A DNA stretch of 64,000 nt from Octopus sinensis (GCF_006345805.1 NC_043021.1:27590001-27654000), one strand, 5' to 3'; positions 26,441 to 40,246 are shown, counted from the stretch's first letter. Numbers and translations are program-made. The notes: generated by a model not told the origin, from the sequence alone.

Positions 26441-26790
26441 GAAGCTTGCTTCCCAACCACATGGTTCCGGGTCCAATCCCACTACGTGCCACCTTGGGCA
26501 AGTGTCTTCTACAATAGCCTCGGACTGACCAAAGCTTTGTAAGCTGATTTCGTAAATGGAAACTGAAAGAAGCCCATCATATATATACATGTATAAATCT
26601 ATGTGTGTGTTTGTGTCTGTGTTTGTCCCTCCCCATCACCGCTTGATAACCGGTGATGGTGTGTTTACGTCGGAAAAAAAGATCAATAGAATAAGTACAA
26701 ACCTTTTAAAAGTAAGTCCTGGGGTCGATTTGTTCGACTCTTCAAGACGGAGCCCAAATATGGCCACAGTCAAACAAGTAAAAGAATAAG
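26441..26790 (+). mobile_element. SINE family C
   Basis: Reverse complement of 61688-62105 apart from the extreme head. Confidence 0.8.
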
Positions 26791-27672
26791 AGAATAGATG
26801 TAATACCTCTAAGAATTTTACCGGCGTGCAAACGATTATGCATGTTCTCCTCCTTAGGACAGGATAGAATATTAATACCCCAAAAGTCACAAATTATATC
26901 ATCTTTCACATCTTCCACATAAAATCCAGTTGGCACAGTCCACTTCCTACGTCAATTGCAATGTATTACATACCACTGAAACTAAACTGTCTGAAAATAT
27001 TTGTAGTTCTAAGATATTCCCATATAAGTTCTAAGATATTCCTATTCTAAATTTTCCTATTGCAAAGTGATTGAAATTAAAAACGTCTGCATTTTAAATT
27101 ATATTCCAAAGACCAGCTTAGTAATAGCTATTCTATTTTGTTAAATTCTTCCGTATTTCAATAATTGAGCGAAACAAAGTTAATGCGTTTCAGTATAAAT
27201 TTAGTGAAAAAAGCAACACTTTGTATAATTTATTTTCAGTTGTTAGACACAGCATTCGATAAGATAACCTGCACAAAAAGTATACAAACAAAAACTCAGC
27301 AGGCATAAGACAAGGTGTAAGTGCGCGGCCTAGTGGTTAGGTGGTTGCTCTCACGATCGCAAAATCCTGGTTTCGGTTCCCGGACGGTGCGTATTATTTT
27401 GAGTCAAACACTTCGCTTCACGTTGTTCCAGTTACCGGAAATGTAAACGAGTAACTCCTTCGACGATAGCGTAGAGTGGGAATGTTGCGATCAAGGTAAC
27501 TTGTACGATTTGGTAACCATGTAACCGGCCCTAACAGACCTATGACTCAAGACTACTTACTTACATATCATACACCATCACTAATCATTAAAATAACCTA
27601 CGCATAACATTCCCTAGCAACCGCTGCTCAATAAAACAACACAGTTCACACATATCGCATAGCGTACTTCGA

Positions 27673-27986
27673 GTGAGGGCGCGTGGCTTAGGGGTTAGGG
27701 CATTCGGCTCATGATCGTAATGTTGTGAGTTCGATTCCCGGCGACGCGTTGTGTCCTTGAGCAAGACACTTTATTTCACGTTGCTCCAGTCCACTCAGCT
27801 GGCAAAAATGAGTTGTACTTGTATTTCAAAGGGTCAGCCTTGTCACTCTCTGTGTCACGCTGATTATCCCCGAGAACTACGTTAAGGGTACACGTGTCTG
27901 TGGAATGCTCAGCCACTTGCATGTTAATTTCACGAGCAAGCTGTTCCGTTGGGACCCTCGTCGTCGTAACCGGCGGAGTAGGAGGA
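27673..27986 (+). mobile_element. tRNA-derived SINE family B with 12-bp target-site duplication
   Basis: A/B boxes (TGGCTTAGGGG, GAGTTCGATTCC); TSD AGCGTACTTCGA at 27661-27672 and 27987-27998. Confidence 0.9.
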
Positions 27987-28861
27987 AGCGTACTTCGACC
28001 ATTTCCAAACTTTCTTGCTCATTGATCTCTTATGAACTCTTTTAAATTTCATGTTCCCATCCACTGAAACAGTTGTAAATTTATTTCTTTGATTTCTTCA
28101 ATACAACATGAACATAGTCTTTCCCTTCTTTCCAATGTGCAAAGGTCCAAAGTGGTGGCGCCCATGTGGGTTTCGATGGAAATTAATGCGTTAGACGATT
28201 AACACTATATATATATATATATACATACTTAAACATATCAAAGGCAAGTGGACAATTAATTAAAATTTTCACTTCCAGTGGCCTAACGTGTACAAATTTA
28301 GTCCCAAAAGATTATGAATTAGTCATACTATATAGTGTACATTTAAGCACATTAGGAATCCACTCGTGGAATTCAACACGCTAGAAAGAACAGCTAGGTT
28401 CTATAACCACAAAAATTGGGATAAATTTCGACAGGAACGAAATGAAAAATAAAAACATTTTACCATCAAGTTTCCTGGACCAATTGGTTTCTGATTTTAG
28501 TTTAGCAAGCAAATAACATTTGCTCACAAGGCGAAATCGTCCTCAACAGGTACACCTTGGGTTAAATATATAAACAACGAGGCAATCAAACTATATGCCT
28601 CCCGTTTATATATCCTAATTTTTTCAAATCTACTGCGCAGACGCAGCCCTTCGCCGGCAATAAAAAAGCGCCAACTTTTAAAATCGAAAATTATCCCAAA
28701 AACTTATAATACATATCAAAAGGAAATTGAAAATTAATTAAAATTTTCACCTCCAGTGGCCTAAAGTGAAGGGCTGCGTCTGTGCAGTAGATTTTGAAAA
28801 AATTAGGATATATATACGGGAGGCATATATAATATATATATATATATATAATATATATATT

Positions 28862-28898
<37 letters not shown>

Positions 28899-29000
28899 GT
28901 AAAAAGTGAAAAAACTACAGAAGGCTTGTTTTAAAAGGTTAAAAAATATATATTTGAGTCAATATGTCTGAAGAATGTTATAAAGTTTTTTCTTACAATG

Positions 29001-29040
29001 AAGAAATGACCGGTTTCGCGTTTAGCTTTTCAAATTTCTT
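29001..29040 (-). ncRNA. Minimal type I hammerhead motif (U3-A8), left arm
   Basis: AAGAAAT-TTGAAAA-GC-TAAAC-GC-GAAAC-CG-GTC-ATTTCTT; 7-bp stem I. Confidence 0.7.
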
Positions 29041-29225
29041 ACGTCATTATGTTTATGTTGAGAAGAGTTATCGTTGTGTTTATGTTGAGAAGAGTTCTAG
29101 ATAAGGGGATATATAAGCGATTATCTCCCTTACACCGGAAGAAATCACTTATTACCTCCCCTTATCTAGAACTCTTCTCAACATAAACATAACGATAACT
29201 CTTCTCAACATAAACATAACGACGT

Positions 29226-29265
29226 AAGAAATTTGAAAAGCTGAACGCGAAACCGGTCATTTCTT
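29226..29265 (+). ncRNA. Minimal type I hammerhead motif (U3-A8), right arm
   Basis: AAGAAAT-TTGAAAA-GC-TGAAC-GC-GAAAC-CG-GTC-ATTTCTT. Confidence 0.7.
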
Positions 29266-29426
29266 CTAAATTATGTCATTGTAAGAAAAACATTTATAAC
29301 ATTCTTCAGACATATTGACTCAAATATATATTTTTTAACCTTTTAAAACAAGCCTTCTGTAGTTTTTTCACTTTTTACTATTTTCTATATATTCAACCAC
29401 GTGCTTTCACAAACCAACTTTCTCAT

Positions 29427-29509
<83 letters not shown>

Positions 29510-29749
29510 CATGCACACATACATACACACGGTGTATCTGTCTTTCAAATTCATTAACAAAGTATTAGTCTGCCCGGGGCTACAGAAGAAAACACTTGTC
29601 CCAGTGTGATAGAATTCGAAACTGTGCTGAGCGATTGCAGTCAGTTTACTTTTAAAAAACATAACTGACATATATTCTCTTTAATTAACAATGCATTCAT
29701 CCATTTCCTCTGTCCAATATTCTTTGAGGCTCAAGGAGGCAGTGTCCTG

Positions 29750-30270
29750 AGACACGTCTTCAAACTATCCTATTAGAAGCAACAGATTTAGACTTTCTGA
29801 CTTTATTTCCAAACGTGACCAACCCACTCGTTCTTGGTCTTCTCTTACGCCCACCGCTAGGATAGCTGCCGGTTGGTTCGGCTTGAAGAATTTGTCTCGC
29901 GATTCTCTCTTCTGCCTTTCTAATCACTTGTCCGTAGAACCGGAACCGTGACATCTCAATGCGAAGAAGCAGCAGCCCGGCCTTGAGAGACTCCCTGATC
30001 TCAATCTCCGAGCAACGCACATTATCGAGTAAAGCCAAACGAGAGATTCCTCGGAGGAACCCTATTTCAACCGTTTGCATTCGCAATCGTGCTCATTCGG
30101 TCATTACACAATATTCGGGTGAGGAGAGACACGAAAACAAAATGGAAGACAGCAAAATAAGCTTCTTTTGCGACTCCTCTTCTTTTGAAGAACGAATGTC
30201 GACACATGCAATTCCACACATTCAACTCAGCCTCCCGTTTCTCAACACTCGTCAATACGATATCCGTAAA
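29750..30270 (-). pseudogene. RTE-like LINE C-terminal fragment
   Basis: RMQTVEIGFLRGISRLALLDNVR...LLLRIEMSRFRFYGQVIR...ERIARQILQAEPTG resembles the RTE ORF C-terminus. Confidence 0.7.
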
Positions 30271-30594
30271 ATCTATGCAATGGCTCAATGAAAAAGCGCG
30301 CCATGCTCCTACATGACTGCACTGTACGAGGCTTTAGTGGTGGTTTTTCAATAACAATATAAACTATGATTCTTTTCTGTCGTTCTGTTCTTTTTCACCT
30401 TTATCTCTCCCACTATTACCACAATTCATATGTCACTGATTTAGTAAAGTACACGCACACACATGTATACATAAATATGTACACACATATATACACATAG
30501 ACACACTCGCGCATATTACATCCATCTAACCACACGCACAAACATATATAATCACATGTGTAATGCATATCATCTCTGTATCATTCCAATGTTA

Positions 30595-30638
<44 letters not shown>

Positions 30639-30670
30639 GCGTGTGTCTGTATGTGTGTGTGTGTATGTAA

Positions 30671-30701
<31 letters not shown>

Positions 30702-30714
30702 ATATATATATATA

Positions 30715-30747
<33 letters not shown>

Positions 30748-31395
30748 TACTTACGCATACACTTACATATATGCACATATATTACATACATATACATACT
30801 GGAGCATAAAGTTTCTTTTATCTCAGATCTGTCGGCAATGGGAAGAAAAACAGAAAATAAAGCTGAAGGAAGGTAATGACGCCGACGATGACGATGATGA
30901 TGATGATGATGATGTCATAAAGGGAGAGGGGATAGGAAGAAAGGTGAAGGAGAAGAAGAAGGAGGAGGAAGAGGTGGAGATGGACATTAACAAACGATCA
31001 GTGGTTGTTCAGAACTGAAGGAATAAGAAAGAGATTAAAAGAAACTTCAGAGAAACCGTACGCATATACACATTGCTCACGTGCAGATTCGCATATAAAA
31101 AAATTCACCGATAAGCACATATAAACCCAGAGACACATACGCTCCAACATACAGTTGCACTAATTGATGTACATAGCAATACGCACTGTATATGTGTGTG
31201 TGGTGTGTGCATTGCAATACGCGCTATATATATATATATATATATAGATATATATATATATATATATATACATATACACACGCACTTACATTTACACACA
31301 CATCTCACATATATATTTATATATAAATACGTATATATACACATACACACACGCACTAACATATATATATATATGCATATATATATATATAGTAT

Positions 31396-31443
<48 letters not shown>

Positions 31444-31783
31444 TACAAACATATATATGTCCATATTTATAAACACACACACGTACACACACACACATGT
31501 ATGCATACTTACAGATACTTACACAGATAGACAAACGCAACCAGTCACACATGCGTACAAAGTTCAACTGATATGGACGCAGTCTTCAGGACGCACTGGC
31601 GGCAGAAGCATACAGGCACGTTTATTTCAACACAGTATGTAGACACAAAAGGCAGCGAAACACGAACGTGGCATTTAATTACTCACTTTCGCTCGTTCTA
31701 ACTCAATGTAGGTATGTATGGGCACCTATGAATGTATGTATGTATTTATATGTGAATGTATGTGTGTGTGCATATATATGTAC

Positions 31784-31828
<45 letters not shown>

Positions 31829-31836
31829 ATATATAT

Positions 31837-31914
<78 letters not shown>

Positions 31915-32336
31915 TGTACGTATGCATCTATATATTTATGTAGCTATGTATACATACATGTTTATCTATCGATATATCTATTCATCGCTATGTATATGCG
32001 TGTATGCGTACACACAGAGGCACACACACACACACACACATATATATATGTATGTATTCATATATATGTATATATTATATACATATGTATATGTACACAC
32101 ACACACATATATATATATATACATATATATATATACACACACATGTATAATAGCATTTATACAATACAAAAACGAAACCAAACCTAATTTAAAACGAACT
32201 CAACTCTGTAGAAGTTTAACAACGCGAAACTATACAACGTTTTGATCCACTTCTACTTTAGAAAACCGTGTTGAAATAAATATACTCCATAGATTTACCA
32301 ACGAAACAGATTTCAATAGTGCTTCAAATGTTCTAC

Positions 32337-32376
<40 letters not shown>

Positions 32377-32650
32377 GTTTAATCATATATAGAATTTTTT
32401 GACATTTGCATATATACTCCTCGACATACTGACATTTGCCATGTTGGTGAAGGGGAGAAAAAAGTATATATGTGTGTTTGGAAAGAAAGATTAAGTATGC
32501 TATTTTCAGATCAAGCTTGATAAAATGCAGTCTATTTTACAACGTGTATTGTCAAGAGTATAGAGCCATTTTTAAAAGAATGAAACATTCTGAGTAATTG
32601 GCCATACATGCATATATATGCATATACATACATATACATACATACATACA

Positions 32651-33673
32651 TCTCTTATTATAAAAGGCAGATTTTATCTGCCTCCCTTTGGGAGTTATAG
32701 AAATCTACAATATAGGATTTCTTCAATTACAATTTACCTAGCAATTTTAAGAGTACAATGCATCGCGTCATGCCAGGTCCAGTTTTTAAAATTTAAACTC
32801 CAATTAAGCAAAATTTACAGAAAACTCACATTCTGGTGTGTGTGTCAAATGCTTTTCTTAGTCTGGTTTACACCACACGCAAACGCACACACACACAAAG
32901 GGAGCGAATTGTTTCACTGACGCTATCACCCTTCTCCTCCTTTGTCTTTGCAAGTTGGCAGCTATTAAAGTGAAAACAGTAAATCCGACAGCGATAAAGA
33001 AAACGAATTGGCACCTGAATGGAGTGAAAATTTAAAAACTGTTTCTTTCGGTGAGTTTTCTGAAGAAACTGGACCAAGCCACAGACTTTCCCAGAAGAGT
33101 AAAGCCTTAGACTATTTTTATTTACTTTTTCGAATGAGCCTATTTGAAATCATTACGCTAAACGTAAACAAAGCGAAAGAAAGGATAGTTTGTTATTTCC
33201 CACAACCTTAAATGAAATTAAGGCCTATTTTGCCATAAATATTATTATGGGTATCAGAAAGTTACCCAGAATAACAAATTCTATCGTAAAATTTTGTTGT
33301 ATACCCAATTGAATATTAGCTAATAACCCATTTTCTATAGCGATGTTTGAACAAAATTTTAATAATTTTACAGAAAGTTACCCAGAATAACAAACGAGCC
33401 CTTCTGGGTATTAGCGCGCGTCTACGATGAGTCTACGATTTAAAAAAAAATTACCATCATATTTTTTAATTTTAATGCATTTTTTTCGCTTTTATATAAG
33501 GGAAGTAACTCTCTAAAAATATCTACGATGTGTCAACGATTTAAAGAAAAATTTACCTTAATTTTTTTTCAATTTTTAATGCATTTTTTTGCTACTTTTT
33601 GGCTATAACTCTCTAAAAATGCTTATATAGTTATTTCCCTTACAACCCGAGCAACGCCGGGCGATACTGCTAG
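32651..33673 (+). mobile_element. Non-autonomous Helitron (~1 kb)
   Basis: 5' TCTCTTATTATAAAAGGCAG; 3' CCCGAGCAACGCCGGG hairpin + CTAG followed by T; subterminal sequence shared with 18643-18760. Confidence 0.7.
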
Positions 33674-33804
33674 TATATATATATATATATATATATATGT
33701 TTGTGCATACACATAATTATACGGTCAACTTAGAATGTTTTATTTCTTTAAAAACCGTTGCCGATTTTTTTACTTCGACTACTATTTCTTTTGGACTTTA
33801 CTCT

Positions 33805-33839
33805 GTTTCTGAAGAAGAGCTTTGCTCGAAACGTTAAAC
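33805..33839 (+). ncRNA. Minimal type I hammerhead motif (C3-G8)
   Basis: GTTT-CTGAAGA-A-GAGC-TTT-GCTC-GAAAC-GTT-AAAC. Confidence 0.7.
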
Positions 33840-34050
33840 CTTTCTTTCCTTTCCTGAACGTCTGCTAATACTTTACACATACCACATCCTCGCTTTGTTG
33901 TTTCTTTTTTGTGTTTGTTCTTCGTTTTATTTGGTGATTTACTATATGTGTGTGTATGTGTGTGTGAAAGAGTGTGTGTGTATATATGTGAAAAGTGTAT
34001 ATTTATGTATGTGTGTGTTTATGCATACAAATATGTGTTAGTGTATATAC

Positions 34051-34234
34051 ATTATTTACATTTGCTGGATATTTGTCCTCATCTTGTTTGTGGTTAACAC
34101 AACGTTTCGACTGATATACCCTCCAGCCTTCATCAGGTGTCTTGGGGCAATTTCGATCCTGGATCCTCATTTCTAAGCTAGTTTTCGATGTTGTTGTTGT
34201 TGTTGTTGGTATCATATTATTATTATTATTATTA

Positions 34235-34273
<39 letters not shown>

Positions 34274-34338
34274 TCAGTTCCTGGAATCGATCTCGGAATC
34301 TTGGGGTTAGTAGCCCGCGCTCTTAACCACTACTCCAC
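34051..34338 (-). mobile_element. Composite element: tRNA-like head + (AAT/AAC)n + hammerhead-bearing body (copy 1)
   Basis: Same architecture and junctions as 57501-57746. Confidence 0.75.
34096..34141 (-). ncRNA. Type I hammerhead motif (C3-G8)
   Basis: GACAC-CTGATGA-A-GGCTG-GAGGGTATAT-CAGTC-GAAAC-GTT-GTGTT. Confidence 0.75.
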
Positions 34339-34654
34339 AACAACAATAACAACAACAACAACAATAATAATAATAACAATAATAACAACAACAACAAAGG
34401 CGGTGCTCCACCATGGCCGCAGTCAAAGGACTGAAACAAGTAAAAGATTAGAAAAGATATGCTTTGTCAGCGCTTTTCCGTGTGCGTAGCCTCCTCAAGT
34501 TTTGTTGTTCAAATTCCAGTCTGGAGAGCGGATAAGAATTTAGGCACTCATCAACTTGCGTAAACTCGCTTGTGGTTCGTTCATTAAATTTCATTTTGTT
34601 ATTCGAATTTAAAACTCTTTAGAACTGTTCGTTATTCAATTTGTGTGTTTAGAC

Positions 34655-34911
34655 CAGTGACTCCCAAACTCTTTCGGGCTGCTTCCCCTTTGACACCCGG
34701 GTCACATTCCAAACGCCCTCACCCCGACTAGCCATGAAAAACATAGAGGTCTTTCTGAAGCAAATTCAGAGCAACTCTATTTCACAAATAAAGCATTATT
34801 TTCTTGTTTTTACATAAATCGCTACCCCATTATTGCCCCACTTTTCTTCAACGCCCCTTGGAACGTTCTACCACTCCCAGGGAGCAATACTGCCCCATTT
34901 GGAAACCACTG
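34655..34911. mobile_element. hAT-like MITE
   Basis: Termini CAGTGACTCCCAAA / TTTGGAAACCACTG; 8-bp TSD GTTTAGAC / GTTTAGGC. Confidence 0.8.
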
Positions 34912-35519
34912 GTTTAGGCTCTAAACTTTTGAGAACCGTTTGTACATTGGTAGCGTACTGTGTAATTAATCGATTAATTAGCAACACCATTTGAATCACG
35001 GTCTCTTCAGTAGACCTCATAATGCCTAGAATACAGAAAAGTTCAGAAATCTGAAAAAGAATCCATATATAAATGCGTCGACCGATATTGCCGTAGCGCA
35101 CACCTTTAGTATTTTTCCTCAGGGACTGCATTGTTCCTTTTTCCTGACAAAATGGACGAAAAAAAGTAAAGGAGAAACAAGCCCTCATGCATCTTCTAAA
35201 TGTGAATCCGGTTTCGTTTCACTGGCATGGAACTAATATGATTCCAATTCCTTAAACGAAACTCAAGCTGTCAGAAAAACAAAACAAAAAAAACATTTGA
35301 TTGTCTTTAAATTAATGACAAGAAAAGAATGTCTGGGGGAGACAATTAAGCAACAATATGCGTTAATAAAGAAATATTTCTGAAGCAAGTTCTAGATTGC
35401 ATTGTAATTTCACGATAAACTTTTATATATTTCGCTCGGGGAATACCTTGACACACATACACTCAGCCATTTATTCCTCTTGTATTTGCATGTGTGTGTA
35501 TGTGTCTTTATTTGTGCAT

Positions 35520-35565
<46 letters not shown>

Positions 35566-35585
35566 TATATATAATATATATATAA

Positions 35586-35709
35586 GTGTATATGTGTTTA
35601 TGCATGGGTATATACATTATACGTGTATTTTAATATGCATATCTTGATGCATATATTTGTGTATGCGTATATCTTATAGATACAAACGTATAAATATACA
35701 TGTATATGT

Positions 35710-35755
<46 letters not shown>

Positions 35756-37241
35756 GTATGTATATATATATGGAGAGAGAGAGAGAGAGATAAAGGGAGA
35801 AAGTGTGACAGAGTGAGTACTTATAGAGTAAGAAAGTAAGCGTAAAAAGAATAAAGATAGAAAGAAGAATATAACATAGTAGAAAGAAAATGCTTACCCT
35901 CCCCCCCAACATTATTCCGAAAATACTAAAACTGGGGATGACGAAAAACACTTCTATTAAGGAATTGTTCTGTTTGAACAGAAGGTAAAAAAAAATCATG
36001 GGAAGGGAAGACAATGAACAATTGATTGTTGAATATTATTGATATAGGATTAGGCTGTGAAGTAAAGAAATTCGTTGCGAACGTACGCGGTTTCGGATTC
36101 CTTCTTAATGTGCGGTATGCCTTTCGGGGTTTTTGCTGTAGCCCTACAACAACATATTTCTCGTGGGGAAAGTTTGTTGGTTGATGGAAACTTTGAGGAG
36201 ATCAATCGAAGACAAATACACCCCACATACGCATGCATACATATAGGAGTGTCTGCTGAAAGGTTCCTAAATTTGGGTAAAAGGAAGCACTAGAGAATCA
36301 GTTAATTCCTCTCTCTTCAGTATATTCCTCTCTCAGATTCACGCACTTGTTGCAGCAATTCTTCAGTTTTTCTAAGGTCTGTAAGAGAAATTGGAAGTTT
36401 GGGCCTCCAGCCAAGACTTTTGCGACACCCTTCAAGTCAGTAACTGTTCAGCACACCCTCATACACCTGCGTATGCGTGTATGTATTTTTGTGTGTGTCA
36501 CTGATTTTTGAAATTTGGCATCAGCGTTTGAGAACGAGTGGCAGTTTGCAAAGCGAACCGCCGAAAACTTCACTGATAGAATAATTAATATATTTCCACT
36601 GTAAGTATTAGTGTCGATGAGATCAATTAAACCCTTCAAGGAGATGCCACAGCATATACATAATGGTTTTAAATTTTTGTCGCAAGGGCAGCTTGGGGGA
36701 GGGGATTAAATCGATTACATCGACCCCAGTGCGTAACTGGTTCTTACTTAATCGACTCCGACAAGATGAAAGCAAAGTCGACCTCGGTGAAATTTGAACT
36801 CAGTTAAGTGTTTCGTCTGGCGATGTACTTGCATAGCAAGTAACTTCACCCAAGATGTTTAATAGCCAATTATGAACACACAAAAAAACCATTAGATTCA
36901 CTTCAACATTTAAATTTAATTTATTTCAAAATATTTTCGTCGCTTTGAAACCGCGACCTGTTCACTAACAAAACTTCGTGCTGCAGCACAAATTTGTTGT
37001 TGCAGGGCTACAGCAAAAGCCCCGAAAGGCATACCGCACATTAAGAAGGAATCCGAAACCGCGTACGTTCGCAACGAATTTCTATACTTCACAGCCTGAT
37101 CCTATATCAATAATATTCAACAATCAATTGTTCGTTGTCTTCCCTTTATATGGTTTTATTTACGTTCTATTTATTCGTTTTAATCTTTTTACGCTTACTT
37201 TCCTACTATACGTACTCACTCTGTCACACTTTCTCCCTTTA

Positions 37242-37318
<77 letters not shown>

Positions 37319-37480
37319 CGCTTGTATGTATAAGATACACACATACATACGTATATATGTGTGTGTGTATGTATGTATATACACATATATATATACATAC
37401 ATACACAAACAGATGCATCAAGATATACATATTAAAATAGACGTATAATCTATATACCCACACTAAAAAAACACATACAT
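35586..37480. repeat. Long diverged inverted repeat (arms ~35586-36160 and ~36988-37480)
   Basis: Arms align as reverse complements, including embedded (TA)n/(GA)n; spacer holds a mariner C-terminal scrap, SINE A and a Penelope-like terminal repeat. Confidence 0.85.
36922..36972 (-). ncRNA. Hammerhead-like motif, G3-C8 core (weak stem I)
   Basis: GTGAACA-G-GTCGC-GGTTTCAAA-GCGAC-GAAAA-TA-TTT; homologous to 56787-56837. Confidence 0.45.
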
Positions 37481-38860
37481 ATACGCACTCTCTCTCTCTC
37501 TCTCTCTCTCTCTCTTTATATATATATATATATATATGCACAAATTAAAATCTAAATGTTGAATTGAACCTGTGTGGATTCTTAAATGGCTTATAAACAT
37601 CTTCCACGCTGCTATTGAATATCTATCTATAATGACATGCAAATGTAAGATCCAAGGATAGTTAATAAGCTTCGAGCAGTCCGTAGTAGGTATAAAAACA
37701 ACTTTCAGGAGTAATAATAATTTATTGCCATAGAAGGTTGTGGGTTTTCCCATATCGAAATTCGATAAGGTGAAAAAAGTTTTTTTTTAAAAATGTTTAT
37801 AGTTCACCGTTTGCAACTAGGGTTGTTATGGATGCGAATAAAAATCCAAATTGAGGGAATAGAGCAGGTAAAATGCAGGTTGCATATGTGTCCTTGCGAT
37901 CAGAACCTCGGATGTAATAACTATTCAACGAGGAGTTCTCCACTCGCTGGTTATCCAGCTGAAGATAGCTTAGTTAAATGGAGGCTACATTGTCAAGTGA
38001 TCCCAAGTCAACTCGCAGGAGATTTTATATATATTGTGCACATGTGTGTATGTACATATGTATGTATACATGTATGTATGTATGTCCCTGAATTAGTAGT
38101 TAGACAAAAGGGGCCGATGAAGTAAGAATCATATTTAGAAAAGAAATACTAGGGTCAATTTGTTAGACTAAACCCTTGAAGAGTGTGCGCCAGACAATGT
38201 CTGAAACAAAGAAAAGATAAAAGAATTAAGTTAGAGATTGAGAACAAACAGCGAGTACAGGTCTGTGACTTGGTGCTGGTTACAAAAGAAATATCTATGG
38301 CAGTCGTGACCCCAGTGTAACGCTGGAGGCTTTTCGGCATTTATGTCTGGTCGAGTGAGTGTTAAATAGATAAAAACGCATTAGTTTATGAAGAAACAAA
38401 ACAATATTAATAAAGTTCAATTAGGATAAATATTAGATTTTAGTGAATCAATAGAAGTGAATCAATAGAAGTAACAAACAATTACATCTAACAAGTTTTA
38501 ATGTTCCCATTAGACTTGTTGTACAGTGTTTTCTTATTCAATTGGGAGTCTGAAACTCTGAATTTGACAAACGACATCATTAGCCATATTTGAATCAAAT
38601 ATCAACATTAAAAGCTAAGTACAGTGCTATGTACGTATAAATGATAATGTTATTGAATTTAAAAACATTCATATTGGAGGGTACTGCTCTAAAAAGTCTA
38701 TTTGATTGATTGGACTAATTTGATTGACACAAATTTCATTGTAATTTAAAGAAGCTATTGTCGTATCGCGCTAGCGTAAAGAAATGAACGGTGCATATTT
38801 TGAAGTAAAATAATATTTGAGTCCCTTAGCTTACGATTTCATTGTGTGGAAGTAAATGGG

Positions 38861-39301
38861 GATCTTTTCGGTTTGAACGGCAGTTTTCTAAAAATAATTT
38901 CCCCGTAACTAAACACTTTTAAACTTCGTATACTGGTAGAATGTGTTTATAAAACATCTTTTTCTCTTGGCTTTATTGAGAAAATTCTATGGTTTGTAAG
39001 ATATTTGTTGTTTTTTTCCTTCAATTTCTGCAATTTCAACCAATCAATGACGTCCATTGAGGTGAAAACATTCTGTGCCGTATGAATATTCCCTCGTTTA
39101 AGAAACAGATTGAGTTTATTTACATTTCTGAAGAAACAAATACCCTTCCCCCAACCCCCAACCCTAACCCTAACCCTAACCCTAATTAACCCTAACCCTA
39201 AAACAGATTGAAATGCAATAGATCGATACTAGGGTCATAATCATGGGTGACAATTTCATATGACACCGCTAGAAAAAACTGCCGTTCAAACGGAAAAGAT
39301 C
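38861..39301. mobile_element. MITE with 27-bp TIRs and internal (CCCTAA)n
   Basis: GATCTTTTCGGTTTGAACGGCAGTTTT / AAAACTGCCGTTCAAACGGAAAAGATC; telomere-type repeats at ~39155-39200. Confidence 0.85.
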
Positions 39302-39846
39302 GGTAAATGGCAATATGTAACTTCCCTGTTCACGCTTAAATACGTTTATACTCGAACGGAAGTTTTCTCCGCTTTGCATGACTTTGGTCAAGACAAATGA
39401 GGGAAAGTCCGTCTTGCCAATGTGTGGCAGCTTCTACTCATTCGCCTAGCCTACTAGAAATAGCAACCACATCACTCATATATAACATTACACACTACAA
39501 GAACGCCACCAGATAGCGTAGTATGTATGTATGTATACATGCATGTATCTGTGTGCGTGTGTGTGTAACTATATATGTATGAATACATGTGTGTATGCTT
39601 GTATGTATGTATGTATGTATGTATGTATGTATGTATGTATGTATGTATATATGAATGTATGCAACTATGTATGTATGCGTGTATGTGTCTATGTATGTAC
39701 GCATGTATGTTTATATACTCACATATATATATATATATGTATGTACATATATTTATAAACATACATAGATGCGGTAAGGCTTCATTTCCACACACGCCAG
39801 CTGAATTCAATTCGTCCCCAGTCGAAAGACACCTTTTGTTATGTCC

Positions 39847-39886
<40 letters not shown>

Positions 39887-40193
39887 TTTATTGTATTTTT
39901 GTATTTATATTCGTGTAACATCGACTGTTTTTCTGTACTTGTTCTCGTATACATTCGATGCTTTTTTCGAAGGAATTTAATGCTCTTAGCTTAGTTTTTC
40001 CTTGGGGCTGGCCAGATTGGAGCAATCTCAAGATTAATCAGCCGAAATTGCGACGAAGATCCGGTTCTTGACTGAAGATAAAAGGCTTCGAATGACCCGT
40101 CCTTGTTTTCTTTGTATCGTCTATCTGGATGTTTTGTTGTCCCTTTTTGTATCACCTAGTTGTCCGGATGTTTTGCGTTCTTGTCCCATTTTG

Positions 40194-40246
<53 letters not shown>

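Larger units (their letters stand above)
28893..29384. repeat. Fold-back palindrome (arms 28893-29109 and 29157-29384), likely inverted Penelope-like terminal repeats
   Basis: Arms are near-perfect reverse complements with one ~11-nt indel; each arm carries a hammerhead motif. Confidence 0.9.

Noticed and set aside
37036-37072. Hammerhead-like UUAAGAA-GGA-A-UCC-GAAAC-CGC-GUA (also inverted near 36085-36110)
   Set aside because: G5 is replaced by A in both arms and stem I does not pair; at best a decayed motif.
39155-39200. Telomere or chromosome-fusion site
   Set aside because: Only about six units, located inside a TIR-bounded MITE.
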